From NCBI GenBank assembly GCA_963837955.1, contig CAWIPH010000002.1, positions 3,328,001 to 3,392,000 of the forward strand: 64,000 bases of DNA, written 5' to 3'. The position numbers and the translations under genes are program-made. The stretch is from an uncultured Verrucomicrobiae bacterium (GTDB taxonomy: Bacteria > Verrucomicrobiota > Verrucomicrobiia > Chthoniobacterales > JAFAMB01). Of this stretch, positions 10,423-20,391 are shown piece after piece. Under the pieces are notes generated by a model. That model worked only from the letters and a program-made list of their open reading frames with translations. It was not told where the DNA came from and ran no database searches. Numbering within the stretch: position 1 is the first letter of the stretch; every line of letters begins with the position of its first letter.

Positions 10423-10785
10423 TCAGCGCGCAGCGACTACGTTTTGCCGGCGAAGCCGATTTGCCATCGCTCGCAGCACCTGTATGGCAAAGAAAGGCGT
10501 CTCCTCGACCATAAACAGAAAATGCCGCTCGTTTATAGGGATCAACGTACAATCCGTCCTCGCAACAGCCGTACCGCTGCGCGGAACGTGGTCAAGGAGA
10601 GCTACTTCACCAAAAAAGCCGTCAACACCGACAGTCTCAACCAGCTGATCACTGATATAGATATCAACGTCGCCTGATTTGACGACGTAGAGCGAGTCTC
10701 CCTGCTCTCCCTGCCGGAATATAACGCTTCCGGCGGAGAACGACTGAGGAGTCACCTCTTTCTCAAAAATGTTGGGTAACTTCAT
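10423..10785 (-). CDS. Stand-alone cyclic nucleotide-binding domain protein
   Basis: IFRQGEQGDSLYVVKSG, FFGEVALL..PRSGTAVA; about 120 aa with no HTH. Confidence 0.9.
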   Translation of the reverse strand: MKLPNIFEKEVTPQSFSAGSVIFRQGEQGDSLYVVKSGDVDIYISDQLVETVGVDGFFGEVALLDHVPRSGTAVARTDCTLIPINERHFLFMVEETPFFAIQVLRAMANRLRRQNVVAAR

Positions 10786-11089
10786 CTGGAATTGTTTGCG
10801 TCCGTGCACCCAGTCCGCGAGCAACAGGTAGATCCACCAACGCTTGAAATGTAAAGCAAAAAAAAGCTGACTTGAACGCTTAATCCCCTCGGGCAGTCCA
10901 CAGGTAGGCAATTGGAGGCAAAAGCCATAGATTCACGCAAAATATCGAGATAAAAAGGCGGGCCGGGAGTTCAACACCGACTTCTCAGCGAATCTCGATT
11001 TACCTCAGTGATCTCAGCGCCCTCTTGAGCTAGTTTCGGTGAAACGGAAAAAGGGACAGGTCAGAAAGTCCAACCAGGAGTTCTATGCG

Positions 11090-11551
11090 ATGATGATTAC
11101 CGTTGAACCGGAAAATCCGCGCTCCCCAGAGGCGCAGGAGCTTTTATCGGCATTTATTGAGGAGGTTCGAAAACGTTACGACGAGCCTCCGGCAGATGTC
11201 GGTTATTTCGACCCCGAACTGGTGTCAGTTCCCAAAAGTGTTTTTCTGATAGTGAGATCGGAAGGAAAAGCGATCGGTTGCGGCGCACTAGTGCCCATGG
11301 ACGAAGAAGTGGCGGAAATAAAGCGGATGTTTGTCCTGCCCGATGAACGTGGTCACGGGCTGGCCAGAAGAATCCTGGAAGAACTCGAGCGTTTTGCTCG
11401 AGAGTTTGAATATAACGCTATTCGGTTAGAGACCGGAGTGAAGCAGCCGGAATCAATCGCGCTTTATGGCAAATCTGGATTCTATCGTGTGCCGAACTTT
11501 CCTCCCTTCGAGAACGACGCTACGGCCGTCTGCTTCGAAAAGAGAGTCTAA
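11090..11551 (+). CDS. GNAT family N-acetyltransferase
   Basis: AEIKRMFV...RGHGLA, LETGVKQPESIALY, CFEKR. Confidence 0.92.
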   Translation: MMITVEPENPRSPEAQELLSAFIEEVRKRYDEPPADVGYFDPELVSVPKSVFLIVRSEGKAIGCGALVPMDEEVAEIKRMFVLPDERGHGLARRILEELERFAREFEYNAIRLETGVKQPESIALYGKSGFYRVPNFPPFENDATAVCFEKRV

Positions 11552-11584
11552 GCGAACCGATCAGTCGTAACAGTCAGGCAGTCA

Positions 11585-13396
11585 ATGCAGTCGGACGTCT
11601 TTATCAGCCATTCCAGCAAAGACAAAACAACGGCGGATGCCATCTGCCATCATCTTGAGTCGAACGGTATCAGGTGCTGGATCGCTCCTCGCGACATTGA
11701 ATTCGGTTCCGATTGGACCGAAGGAATCATGCAGGGGATTACCTCTTGCCGCGTGTTCGTCCTGGTGTTTTCTGAGCACGCCAACAATTCGGAACATGTC
11801 CGACGCGAAGTCGTCAAAGCCTTCTCGCTCGGATTAGCTGTCATTCCCTTCCGGATCGAGGCTGTTCTGCCAAACCGAAGTCTGAGTTACTTCCTGGAAT
11901 CGGTTCATTGGCTCGACGCGATGGCGCCGCCCGCGCAGAAACATTTCAACGCGTTAACTGACCAGGTGAAACGGCTGCTGGAGGAGAACACAGGGTCTGT
12001 CATGGGTGCAACGGAGACCCGATCAGAACCGGACGCCCAACTGATACAGCCAATTCAACCGGAACCGGTGAAGCAAGCGGTTGGAGCAGGCGGATTCGCC
12101 AGCAATCCCTCGAAGGAGCGCAGATCGCTTATCAGATTCAATTTGGCTTTGGTGCCAATCTTGATCGCAGGCGTTTGCGCAAGCGCCGCGATAATCCATG
12201 ATAAATTACGCGGTGGCGCCGAGCAGGAAGTACTCAAGAACGCAAACCTGATGCTGGAGACAGCGCGAGCTTCGCGAGTATATACGACGGAGCAGGTCGC
12301 GCCTCTCCTGGAGCGCCAACAGGCAGAAATCGATAAGAGCACGCAAGTCGTCCGCCAGACCTTGGAGGCGTTGGGAAAGGTCCGGGATCGCACTGAAAGG
12401 CAAAACTTGATCGATGCGTTGCATAAGATAGCCGGCGTAACCAATGATGAGTCATTACCGGAGCGGCAGTTTTATCCGCAGTCGATTCCGTTCTATGCTG
12501 CGACCGAGGCATTTAATTATTTTCAACGAGCGCATCCAGATTACGCTTACAAAGAAGCCACTCTCAATCCGACCAACCCTCGCGATCGAACAGTAGATTG
12601 GGAAGCAGACGTCGTGAGTGTTTTTAGGAAAGATTCGTCGAAGACGGAGCTTACGGGGCGTCGTGATACGCCTATTGGGCCTTCCTTGTTCGTTAGTGCG
12701 CCTATTAAAACCGAGAAAAGTTGTCTGGAATGCCACAGCACTCCCGACAAAGCACCAGCGGGAATGATCAAACTCTATGGCAGCACAAACGGCTTCGGCT
12801 GGAAGGAAGGCGAAGTGGTGGGCGCGCAGATTGTCAGTGTACCGGCAACCATCAGCGAAAAAATCGGTGATACCACCTTCCTCGCAATCCTGGCTTGGCT
12901 AATCGGCATCACGGCGATGGTTTTCGTTCTCGTCAACTTGGCCGTCTACTTTTCTTGGATCGCTCTCCCCGGCCGGATTTCTTCTCCCGAAATGAGACCG
13001 GACGAAGTTGAGAGAAAACGGATAGTTGAAGCCGGCGGATCGGTTGTCGCCAATGTCAGAAAAACTCGAGGACAGCGGGCGGACGAAGATCTCATCAGAT
13101 GGGCCGAGGGGTCGGGTCGCTTTATTTATATCGGTGACGCCGTACGCCACACTTCCTACCATCGTTCGCTTTGGTTTAATCCGGCCAAAGGCCGGAAAAC
13201 GGATCATGCTCGGGCGGTCGACGAATACCGCACCTACATCTTACATAGGCCGGACTTACTGGTGCGGTTAGACGAACTGCGCGGCAAAGTGTTGGGATGC
13301 TGGTGTTACCCGCAGGCCTGCCACGGAAACATTTTGATCGAGCTATGTTCCAGCGAATCAGCCGTAAGAGCCGATCAACGTTTCGAATCGACGTAA
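11585..13396 (+). CDS. TIR domain - TM - DUF3365/Tll0287-like c-type heme domain - TM - DUF4326-like fusion protein
   Basis: N-terminal DVFISHSSKD...CWIAPRDI...SEHVRREV (TIR). YKEATLNPTNPRD, CLECH and GFGWKEGEVVGAQIV (DUF3365-like). C-terminal LWFNP...LRGKVLGCWCYPQACHG (DUF4326-like). Two hydrophobic segments. Confidence 0.82.
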   Translation: MQSDVFISHSSKDKTTADAICHHLESNGIRCWIAPRDIEFGSDWTEGIMQGITSCRVFVLVFSEHANNSEHVRREVVKAFSLGLAVIPFRIEAVLPNRSLSYFLESVHWLDAMAPPAQKHFNALTDQVKRLLEENTGSVMGATETRSEPDAQLIQPIQPEPVKQAVGAGGFASNPSKERRSLIRFNLALVPILIAGVCASAAIIHDKLRGGAEQEVLKNANLMLETARASRVYTTEQVAPLLERQQAEIDKSTQVVRQTLEALGKVRDRTERQNLIDALHKIAGVTNDESLPERQFYPQSIPFYAATEAFNYFQRAHPDYAYKEATLNPTNPRDRTVDWEADVVSVFRKDSSKTELTGRRDTPIGPSLFVSAPIKTEKSCLECHSTPDKAPAGMIKLYGSTNGFGWKEGEVVGAQIVSVPATISEKIGDTTFLAILAWLIGITAMVFVLVNLAVYFSWIALPGRISSPEMRPDEVERKRIVEAGGSVVANVRKTRGQRADEDLIRWAEGSGRFIYIGDAVRHTSYHRSLWFNPAKGRKTDHARAVDEYRTYILHRPDLLVRLDELRGKVLGCWCYPQACHGNILIELCSSESAVRADQRFEST

Positions 13397-13452
13397 GCTG
13401 CAATGAGTCCTCGCGCAGCGGACGCGGCGCGAGGCTTTCTAGATTTCTGCGG

Positions 13453-14433
13453 TTACTTCTGGAGCAAGCCGGCAATCTCTCGAACTACTGTGTCGCTGAG
13501 CGGTCCGAATCGAAGCGCGGCCACGTTCTCCTCCACCTGCTTCACCGTACGAAATCCCGGGATAGGAATTGTCTGCGGACTTCGGGCCCAGATCCAAGAC
13601 AGAGCACCTTGGGTGAGGGTTCTTCCGTCACTAGTAAGGATTTTTCGAATCGCGGCCAGGCGGGCCAACCACTCTGGCTTGGGTTGACCTTTGTCAAAGT
13701 AACGAAGCCACTCTGGCTGAATCCCCCGCACATCGTCCGGGTTCAATCGCGACTTCCCATCGAATTTGCCGGTAAGCACTCCCATAGCGAGCGGAGAACG
13801 ATTGATGCTCGACAGTCCCCGTTCTTCGCAAAACCGGAGCATTTCTGGAGCATCGTAGAAGACGCTGAGCTCATGCTGCACCGCTACATTGTGTTTTCCT
13901 TCCGCGAACACTTTGGCCCGCTCCGGAAAATCAGTACTCCACCCATAGGAGCGGATCTTGCCGGCGGTTACCAGCCCCTCCAGGGTTTCGCGAACTTCAA
14001 TGGCCATACCCGGATCGTAATCGTTGAGATGAAACTGATAGAGATCTATATAGGGAGTGTCCAATCGCCGTAAGCTGTCATCGCACGCCTGGCGAATCCC
14101 TTCCGGCGAAGCGTCTTGACCAATTTTTTGCCGGGTGGATTCGTCGAAGGTGTTGCCGAATTTGGTGGCGATAATCACCTGTTCGCGGACACCTTTGAGA
14201 GCACTCCCGAGAACTCGCTCGCTATGTCCGCATCCGTAAATATTGGCCGTATCGAAAAAGTGAACTCCGAGATCAAGCGCTCGATGAATGGCGGCGATTG
14301 ATTCTTTGTCGTCCACTTCGCCCCAACCCAGCGGTTGTGTACCGAACCAAAACGGACCGCCGATAGCCCAACAACCCATTCCAATCGCTGGGATCTCATG
14401 TGCACCAAGTCTTCGAGTCAGAGAAGTACTCAT
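13453..14433 (-). CDS. Aldo/keto reductase
   Basis: IGMGCWAIGG, FFDTANIYG, IATKFG, IDLYQFH, PIPG. Confidence 0.93.
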   Translation of the reverse strand: MSTSLTRRLGAHEIPAIGMGCWAIGGPFWFGTQPLGWGEVDDKESIAAIHRALDLGVHFFDTANIYGCGHSERVLGSALKGVREQVIIATKFGNTFDESTRQKIGQDASPEGIRQACDDSLRRLDTPYIDLYQFHLNDYDPGMAIEVRETLEGLVTAGKIRSYGWSTDFPERAKVFAEGKHNVAVQHELSVFYDAPEMLRFCEERGLSSINRSPLAMGVLTGKFDGKSRLNPDDVRGIQPEWLRYFDKGQPKPEWLARLAAIRKILTSDGRTLTQGALSWIWARSPQTIPIPGFRTVKQVEENVAALRFGPLSDTVVREIAGLLQK

Positions 14434-14607
14434 GAGTATTCTCTCGCCCGATGATCCGCGATCGTCTAGCCCCGGATGAATCTTTGACCTGCTACGATCG
14501 GCAAACGGCTAATGAGCGCCGGGTCCGCCCAGCACCGATAGCTCCCCCAGCTGCTTTCGCTCAGCACGCCCAGATTGAGAACGGTGGCTGCGCTATAGAA
14601 GAAAATC

Positions 14608-15018
14608 TCAAACTGGAGGTCTCATATGGGGCGGAGGCTCCGCGATAAACAACGACGTGGTCGCAGCCTCCTGCTGGTCGATCAGCAACCTGAACTCATA
14701 CTCACCGTAGTGAGCAAACTGAATGCCCAGGAAGTTCATGACATATTGTACCGAAGTAAATCGTCGTTCTGGCGGCAATTGGATTTCAAATCTGCCCTCT
14801 GCTTTCACCAAGTATTTGCCATCCTCATCGATCAGCAACAGCTGATGGGTATGCTCTCCCGCCTCGGTATCTTCGAATCGAAGCCGAATAGCTACCGACA
14901 TGGCGGGATGGGTATAGGGAACTTGAAACGCCATAATGCCGTCAAATGATCCGGTTATGAACAGCTTGCCTGCGTGTTCCTCAGCGAAGTCTGCGATAGT
15001 GAAGATGTCTACTCTCAA
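14608..15018 (-). CDS. Conserved hypothetical protein (DUF6941-like)
   Basis: ADFAEEHAGKLFITGSFDGI...F..YGEYEFRLLID pattern. Confidence 0.7.
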   Translation of the reverse strand: MRVDIFTIADFAEEHAGKLFITGSFDGIMAFQVPYTHPAMSVAIRLRFEDTEAGEHTHQLLLIDEDGKYLVKAEGRFEIQLPPERRFTSVQYVMNFLGIQFAHYGEYEFRLLIDQQEAATTSLFIAEPPPHMRPPV

Positions 15019-15067
15019 TTGAGGTTTCGCAATCAGCCGCGTAACGACCGCAAACTTAAGGTTCTAT

Positions 15068-15143
15068 TGGCAGCGCGTACGGGACTCGAACCCGTGCACC
15101 GGCCTTGAGAGGGCCGTGTCCTAACCGACTAGACGAACGCGCC
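15068..15143 (-). tRNA. tRNA-Glu (anticodon CTC)
   Basis: Reverse complement folds as a cloverleaf: acceptor GGCGCGT/ACGCGCT, anticodon arm CGGCC-CTCTCAA-GGCCG, T-arm ACGGG-TTCGAGT-CCCGT, encoded CCA. Confidence 0.97.
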
Positions 15144-15225
15144 GAGTGGGAGCCGCAAATGTATCGCGCCAAAGCCTAAACTCAAGCCGGGGGATCGAAG
15201 AAACGTCCACCGCACTCTGAATTAC

Positions 15226-15363
15226 GATCCGCAGATTACACAGATTACGCAGATTCAATGAGTCCTAAAACAGGTACCGAGGCTGCCGTCGACGTCATAA
15301 ATTAAAGAATTCAGCAGTTCTAGAGCCAATCCAAATCTGTGTAATCAGCGGAATCTGCGGATC
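15226..15363. repeat. CAGATTAC-type palindromic REP-like element
   Basis: GATCCGCAGATTACACAGATTACGCAGATT ... AATCTGTGTAATCAGCGGAATCTGCGGATC imperfect inverted repeat. Confidence 0.75.
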
Positions 15364-15420
15364 GCTTTGCCTTCGATTCTCAGGTTTAATCCGTCTGAAA
15401 ACTGTAGTTCGCGCACGTTA

Positions 15421-15472
15421 CCTGTTGCTTTCCCAATAGAACTAAGGCATTTCCCTGTTGGTAAACCAAATG
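15421..15472 (+). promoter_or_regulatory. Putative PadR operator pair
   Basis: CCTGTTGCTTTCCCAATAG and CCTGTTGGTAAACCAAATG, 33 bp apart, each imperfectly palindromic, just upstream of padR. Confidence 0.45.
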
Positions 15473-15495
15473 ACCGGTGTACGGAACGAAGCCGC

Positions 15496-15843
15496 ATGAA
15501 ACGGAAAAAGGATGTCCAGCAAGGAACGCTGGCCCTGATGGTCCTGAAGACCCTCGATGTGCTCGGACCGTTGCACGGGTATGGCATCGCCCGACGCATC
15601 GAGCAGATCAGTGGCGACCTGCTTTCGGTCAATCAGGGCACGCTTTATCCCGTCCTGCTGAGGCTGGAGCAGGAAGGAGCCATTGCATCGGAGTGGGGCC
15701 CGTCGGAAAACAACCGCCGGGCGCGCTTTTATCGGCTGACGCGGGTGGGACACAAACTCCTCGGAGCCGAGAAGCGCGACTGGGAGCAGACAGCGGCGAT
15801 CATCGCGCGCTTCTTTGAAGTGAAAGCGGGGGATCTGGAATGA
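15496..15843 (+). CDS. PadR family transcriptional regulator (acidobacterial type)
   Basis: QGTLALMVLKTL...HGYGIARRI...GTLYPVLLRLE...SENNRRARFY; ATGA overlap with the permease. Confidence 0.93.
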   Translation: MKRKKDVQQGTLALMVLKTLDVLGPLHGYGIARRIEQISGDLLSVNQGTLYPVLLRLEQEGAIASEWGPSENNRRARFYRLTRVGHKLLGAEKRDWEQTAAIIARFFEVKAGDLE

Positions 15844-18492
15844 GAGCCTTGAATCGGTTATTCATACGCCTTCTCAACTTCACGACCAGGCGCGGCGGCT
15901 ACGAACGGCTCAGAGAAGAGATTGAATCGCATCTAGCGACCCAGACTGAAGAGAACATCCGCGCCGGCATGACTCCCGAGGAAGCCCGCCGGCAGGCCCG
16001 CCTGAAGTTCGGAGCTTTGGAGACGGTTCGGGAAGACTACCACGCCGAAGCGGGCCTGCCATTCCTGGAGGACCTGCTGCTCGATGTTCGTTATACGCTT
16101 CGCGGGCTTCGGAAGTCTCCCGCGTTCACGCTCGTAGTCTTACTCACTCTGATGCTGGGGATTGGGGCAAACGTCGTCGTCTTCGGAGTGGTGAATGCGG
16201 TCCTTCTTCACCCGCTGGATGTGAGCGACCCACAGAGCCTGTACCAGATTCGCCATAAGGCGTGGATGAGCGGACGGCTGCTAACTACGTCGTATCCCGC
16301 GTTTGAGGATTTTCGGCAGCGAAACACAACCTTCAGCGGGATGGCCGGCATTAATGCATATTCGAGTGCGGTACTGAGCTGGCGTAACGCGGTGATTGAG
16401 GTCTCCGGTGATGAAGTCACCGGCAATTATTTCGATTTGCTGGGCGTGCAGCCGGAGGTAGGACGGTTCTTCCACGCGGCGGATGAGCATGGCCCGGATT
16501 CAGCGCCGTCTGTGGTGTTAAGCGATGGTCTTTGGCGAAGGGCGTTTAATGCGGATCGCGACATAGTCGGGACGACCGTGGAACTTAACAAGCATCCGTT
16601 TACGGTGGTTGGCGTGGCACCGCCGCAGTTCCACGGCACGGAGCAATTTGTGTGGCCGAACTACTGGATACCCATTGTGAACGAGGAGCAGGTGGAGGGA
16701 TCGGATTACCTACATACCCGGACATCCGTAGCTGTTACCGTGATTGCGCGGCTGAAACCGGGCGTGACGCCGCAGCAAGCGACCGAAAATCTGAATGCGA
16801 TTGCGGCCGAACTGGGTAAGGAGTATCCGGAGAGCGACGACGGAGAGTCACTTCGGCTGATCCATCCAGGACTTTACGGGGACCAAGGTGACACCATTCG
16901 CGGGTTTCTTTACAGCGTGACCGTGCTGGCCCTGCTGGTGCTGGGGGCAGCGAGCGTCAACCTGGCAAGTCTATTTGCGGCGCGCGCGGCGGATCGTAGC
17001 CGGGAACTCGCGCTGCGTGCGGCCCTTGGAGCAAGCCGGCGGCGGCTCGTGAAGCAACTGTTGACCGAGGCGATGGTGGTGTCGCTGATGGGCGGAGCAG
17101 CGGGGCTGGCGACCGCAAACCTGTTTCTCGGCGTGCTGAACCGGTGGTATCCCTCGGTTGGCCATCTGGCAGTCAGCGTGGATGCGCGTGTGTATCTGGC
17201 AGGTCTGGCATTGACACTGGGAAGCGCGCTGCTGTTCGGGGTGGTTCCGGCGCGCCAGGCGTGGCAGATCAGCCCGTTGCAGATAATAAAGGGCGGACCG
17301 GTCGATTCAATGCCTCTGCGTCGGTTTGCTTTGCGGGACCTGTTGTTGGGTGCACAAATTGCAATCTGCGCGCTGCTGGTAACGGCCTCGCTGGTGGCGG
17401 TGCGCGGCATGGTGCGCGCGCTGCACGCTCCGCTGGGCTTCCAACCGCAGGGCGCGATGCTGGCCGATTTGGACCTGAGCCAGGCGGAACAAGAAGGCGA
17501 CGTTGCGCTCGAGAAACAGAAAGAGATGATTGAGGCGGCCCGGAGCATCCCCGGTGTCACGGCGGTTGGTACGGTGAGCCGCACGCCCATGACCGGCGGG
17601 CTGCATGGGATTCCTATTTACCGGCCCGGGACGACAGAGTTCAAACTGAAGAATTCTGTGCTGGCGCCGTACGTGTTTACGATGTCGCCGGGATACCTGG
17701 AGGCTGCCGGCACTCGGCTACAAAACGGGCGGGATGTCTCGTGGCATGACACCACAAAGACGCCGTATGTGGCGATCGTGAACGAGACCTTCGCGCGGAA
17801 GATGTGGAGCGAAACGCCAGCGATTGGACAACACTTTATTGTGTCGAGTCACCTGACAGAAGTGGTGGGCGTGGTGGAGGACGGCAAGTACCACGACCTG
17901 CAAGAGTCGCCACAGCCTGTGGTGTATCTGCCGTTGTCGCAAAACGAGGATAGCGACGCGATTTTCGTGGTGCGGTCGCCGCGGGCGCCGAACGAGATGG
18001 CGGCGGCGCTCGAACGCACCCTGAGCGGCATCGAGCCGAATGTGCCAATCACGGTGCGGAGCTGGTCCGATACGCTGGGATATTATGTCCTGTTCCCGGC
18101 ACAGGCGGCGACCGTATCATTGGGCGTCATGGGCCTGCTGGCGGCGATGTTGGCGGTGACGGGCATCTTCGGTATGGCGGCCTACAGCGTGAGCCGGCGG
18201 ATGAAGGAGCTGGGCATCCGCGTGGCATTGGGCGCGGGCAAGAGGCACGTGATCAGCGCGGCGGTGGGGCGGCCAATGCGTGCTGCTTGGGGTTGGATCG
18301 GCGATAGGGCTGCTGTCGGGCGTCTTCGCCAGCCGGTTACTGGAGCAGATTGTGTATCAGGCGAATCCGCAGGATCCCGTGGTCGTGGGCGGCGCGGTGC
18401 TGACGATGGCGCTGCTGGGCATTGCAGGGTCCGCCATTCCAGCCCTGCGAGCGCTTGCCCTCGATCCATCCAAACTCATGCGGGAAGAGTGA
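15840..18492 (+). CDS. ADOP-like duplicated MacB/FtsX permease; frameshift near 18278
   Basis: EEARRQARLKFG, DVRYTLRGLRKSP, RELALRAALGA, KELGIRVALGA. The true C-terminus (...ALALDPSKLMREE) is in the 18280..18492 frame. Confidence 0.9.
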
Positions 18493-18779
18493 GCCAGGTA
18501 ATACGCTCCACGTCAGCGCCTTTCGGCACCCTCACACGTAGTATTCCGTATGAAATTGGCTGCTTGAGAACTAGAGCATGTTAGTCTGTTGGCTGCTGTG
18601 GCTGATTCGGCATAGATAGGAATCGGTTAACGCGCTTGTTTAAAAAAGGACTAGGTCTCTACGCTTTTGTTCGTTAGTCAATTCAAAGAGTTCGAAATTC
18701 TCCTCAAGCAGGTGCGCGATTGTGGGTATAACGGTAGAGACGAGTTTTAGAAGAGTCGACAAAGACGTACGCCTAGAAC

Positions 18780-18923
18780 TACGATCGCGATTACACAGAT
18801 TACGCGATTCAATGATTAAAGCAGTACTGAGGCTAACTTCGACGTACATTAAAATCACAGTTAGAGCATCATTGTGTATTGCGGTGCTTTGCTTCGTTTA
18901 TTTATCTTAACTGTAGTTGCGCG
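18780..18923 (+). repeat. Deletion-riddled direct copy of 15223..15414
   Basis: Collinear anchors: TACGATC, GATTACACAGATTACGC, GATTCAATGA, GAGGCT, TCGACGT, TAGAGC, TGTGTA, GCTTTGC, AACTGTAGTT. Confidence 0.85.
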
Positions 18924-19302
18924 GGTGTTAGGCGACGCTTGGAAGATTGAGATCCACAACAATTTGTTTGTTGGCTTGAAATGGCGAAGCTGGGCGATAC
19001 TTTCTGACTAATAATTTTCGATCGTCAAAGCGGAGGTATAAAGCATCGCTCAATTCGGGATCATCCGGTAGGCTCGAAACCAGCGACTCTAGCTTAGTAC
19101 TTGCTCGAGCAATCTCAGAGTCCTGTTTGGGATTGTTACCTCTACCTCGTTTCGCAACCGCTAAGCCGACAGACATGCCCCACATCGAACATGCAAACAG
19201 CGTTCCCGTTCCTCGTGATCACTCGATCTACAGAATTGAACACCCAGCGCAGATCATTGGACCCTTAACTGCAGTTGCCCGGGTTCTTCAGGCCGACCGT
19301 TC

Positions 19303-19324
19303 GTCAAAGACGTGACCTACAGAA
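19303..19324. repeat. Left copy of the inverted repeat bracketing 19338..29000
   Basis: GTCAAAGACGTGACCTACAGAA versus the reverse complement of 29008-29031, GTTAAAGACGTGACCCCTACAGAA (1 mismatch, 2-bp gap). Confidence 0.75.
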
Positions 19325-19337
19325 ATCTCCTGGGCCG

Positions 19338-20366
19338 TTAAGTCCGGCCTTTGGATAACGATCGGAAAAACCGTAACAATCTACGCGGAGCATCTCCACT
19401 TGAGAAGAATACCGCGATCAGAATCACCAATCCCTTAATCACAAGCTGAGGCTGCGATTGGATTCCCATAAGGTTCATGATGTTCAGAATAGTCGCGATG
19501 ATGAGCCCTCCGATTACAGATCGAATTGGATCACCGCTGCCACCAAACAAGGAAGCGCCGCCGACTACAACCGCGGCAATCGAATCAAGTTCGTACCCGC
19601 GCCCGACCAATGAACTTCCCTCAAGCAGCTGAGAAGCGAGCATTAAGCCGGCCAGACCGGCTAAGACACCGGAGATCGTATACGCGATCAACAGGTCTCG
19701 ATTAATCGGCAGGCCTGACAACCTCGAAGCTTCACGATTGCCGCCGATGGCGTAGAGTTCGCGTCCGAACGTCGTATTGCTCATCACGAAGGCCGCCACC
19801 ACCATAATGACAAGGAAAATGATCACCGGCGTGGGAATAGGGCCGACCATTCCGGCGAAAAATGAAGTAAAGCTGGTGTCCGAGATTTGGATCAATTCGC
19901 CGGTCTGAATGATGTAACTGAACCCCTCCACAATGCTCAGCATGGCCAGCGTCGCGATAAACGGGGTGATTCTTTCGTAAACAACCAATGCTCCGTTGGC
20001 CAGACCCACGGCCGCGCAAATCAGAATGGTTAAGACGATGGCAACTCCGGCCACGTAATGATTCGCTAATGCTATTGCCGCTACGACGGTCGCGAGCGCC
20101 GCTAACGAGCCTACGGAGAGGTCAATCCCCCCTGTCACAATCACAAAGAACTGCCCAACCGCCAATACGGACGTGATTGAAGCCGCGGTAATGATGTTCG
20201 TCAGGTTCCGTATCTTTAGAAAGTAAGGCGATAGGCACGCACCGATTAGAATGATAACCGCGAACACCATGAACAAGTACATCCTGGAAAGGACGCGAAT
20301 CACTCGGTCGGACTTCGGTTGGCTTGCCACAGGAACTTCTTCCGATTTCAGGACTGATTGAGCCAT
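19338..20366 (-). CDS. Ribose-type ABC transporter permease
   Basis: TGGIDLSVGS, PFIATLA, GRELYAIGGN, YELDSIAAVVVGG. Confidence 0.94.
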   Translation of the reverse strand: MAQSVLKSEEVPVASQPKSDRVIRVLSRMYLFMVFAVIILIGACLSPYFLKIRNLTNIITAASITSVLAVGQFFVIVTGGIDLSVGSLAALATVVAAIALANHYVAGVAIVLTILICAAVGLANGALVVYERITPFIATLAMLSIVEGFSYIIQTGELIQISDTSFTSFFAGMVGPIPTPVIIFLVIMVVAAFVMSNTTFGRELYAIGGNREASRLSGLPINRDLLIAYTISGVLAGLAGLMLASQLLEGSSLVGRGYELDSIAAVVVGGASLFGGSGDPIRSVIGGLIIATILNIMNLMGIQSQPQLVIKGLVILIAVFFSSGDAPRRLLRFFRSLSKGRT

Positions 20367-20391
20367 ATGTCTATCTCGAGGTAACTGGCGG

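Noticed and set aside
18280..18584. C-terminal extension of the 914-aa ADOP ORF
   Set aside because: It is out-of-frame read-through after an indel; the family-typical end is at 18492.
18640..19315. Short ORFs between ADOP and the ABC permease
   Set aside because: No recognisable family; the region is partly the degenerate repeat. 18928..19185 may be a gene remnant but cannot be supported.
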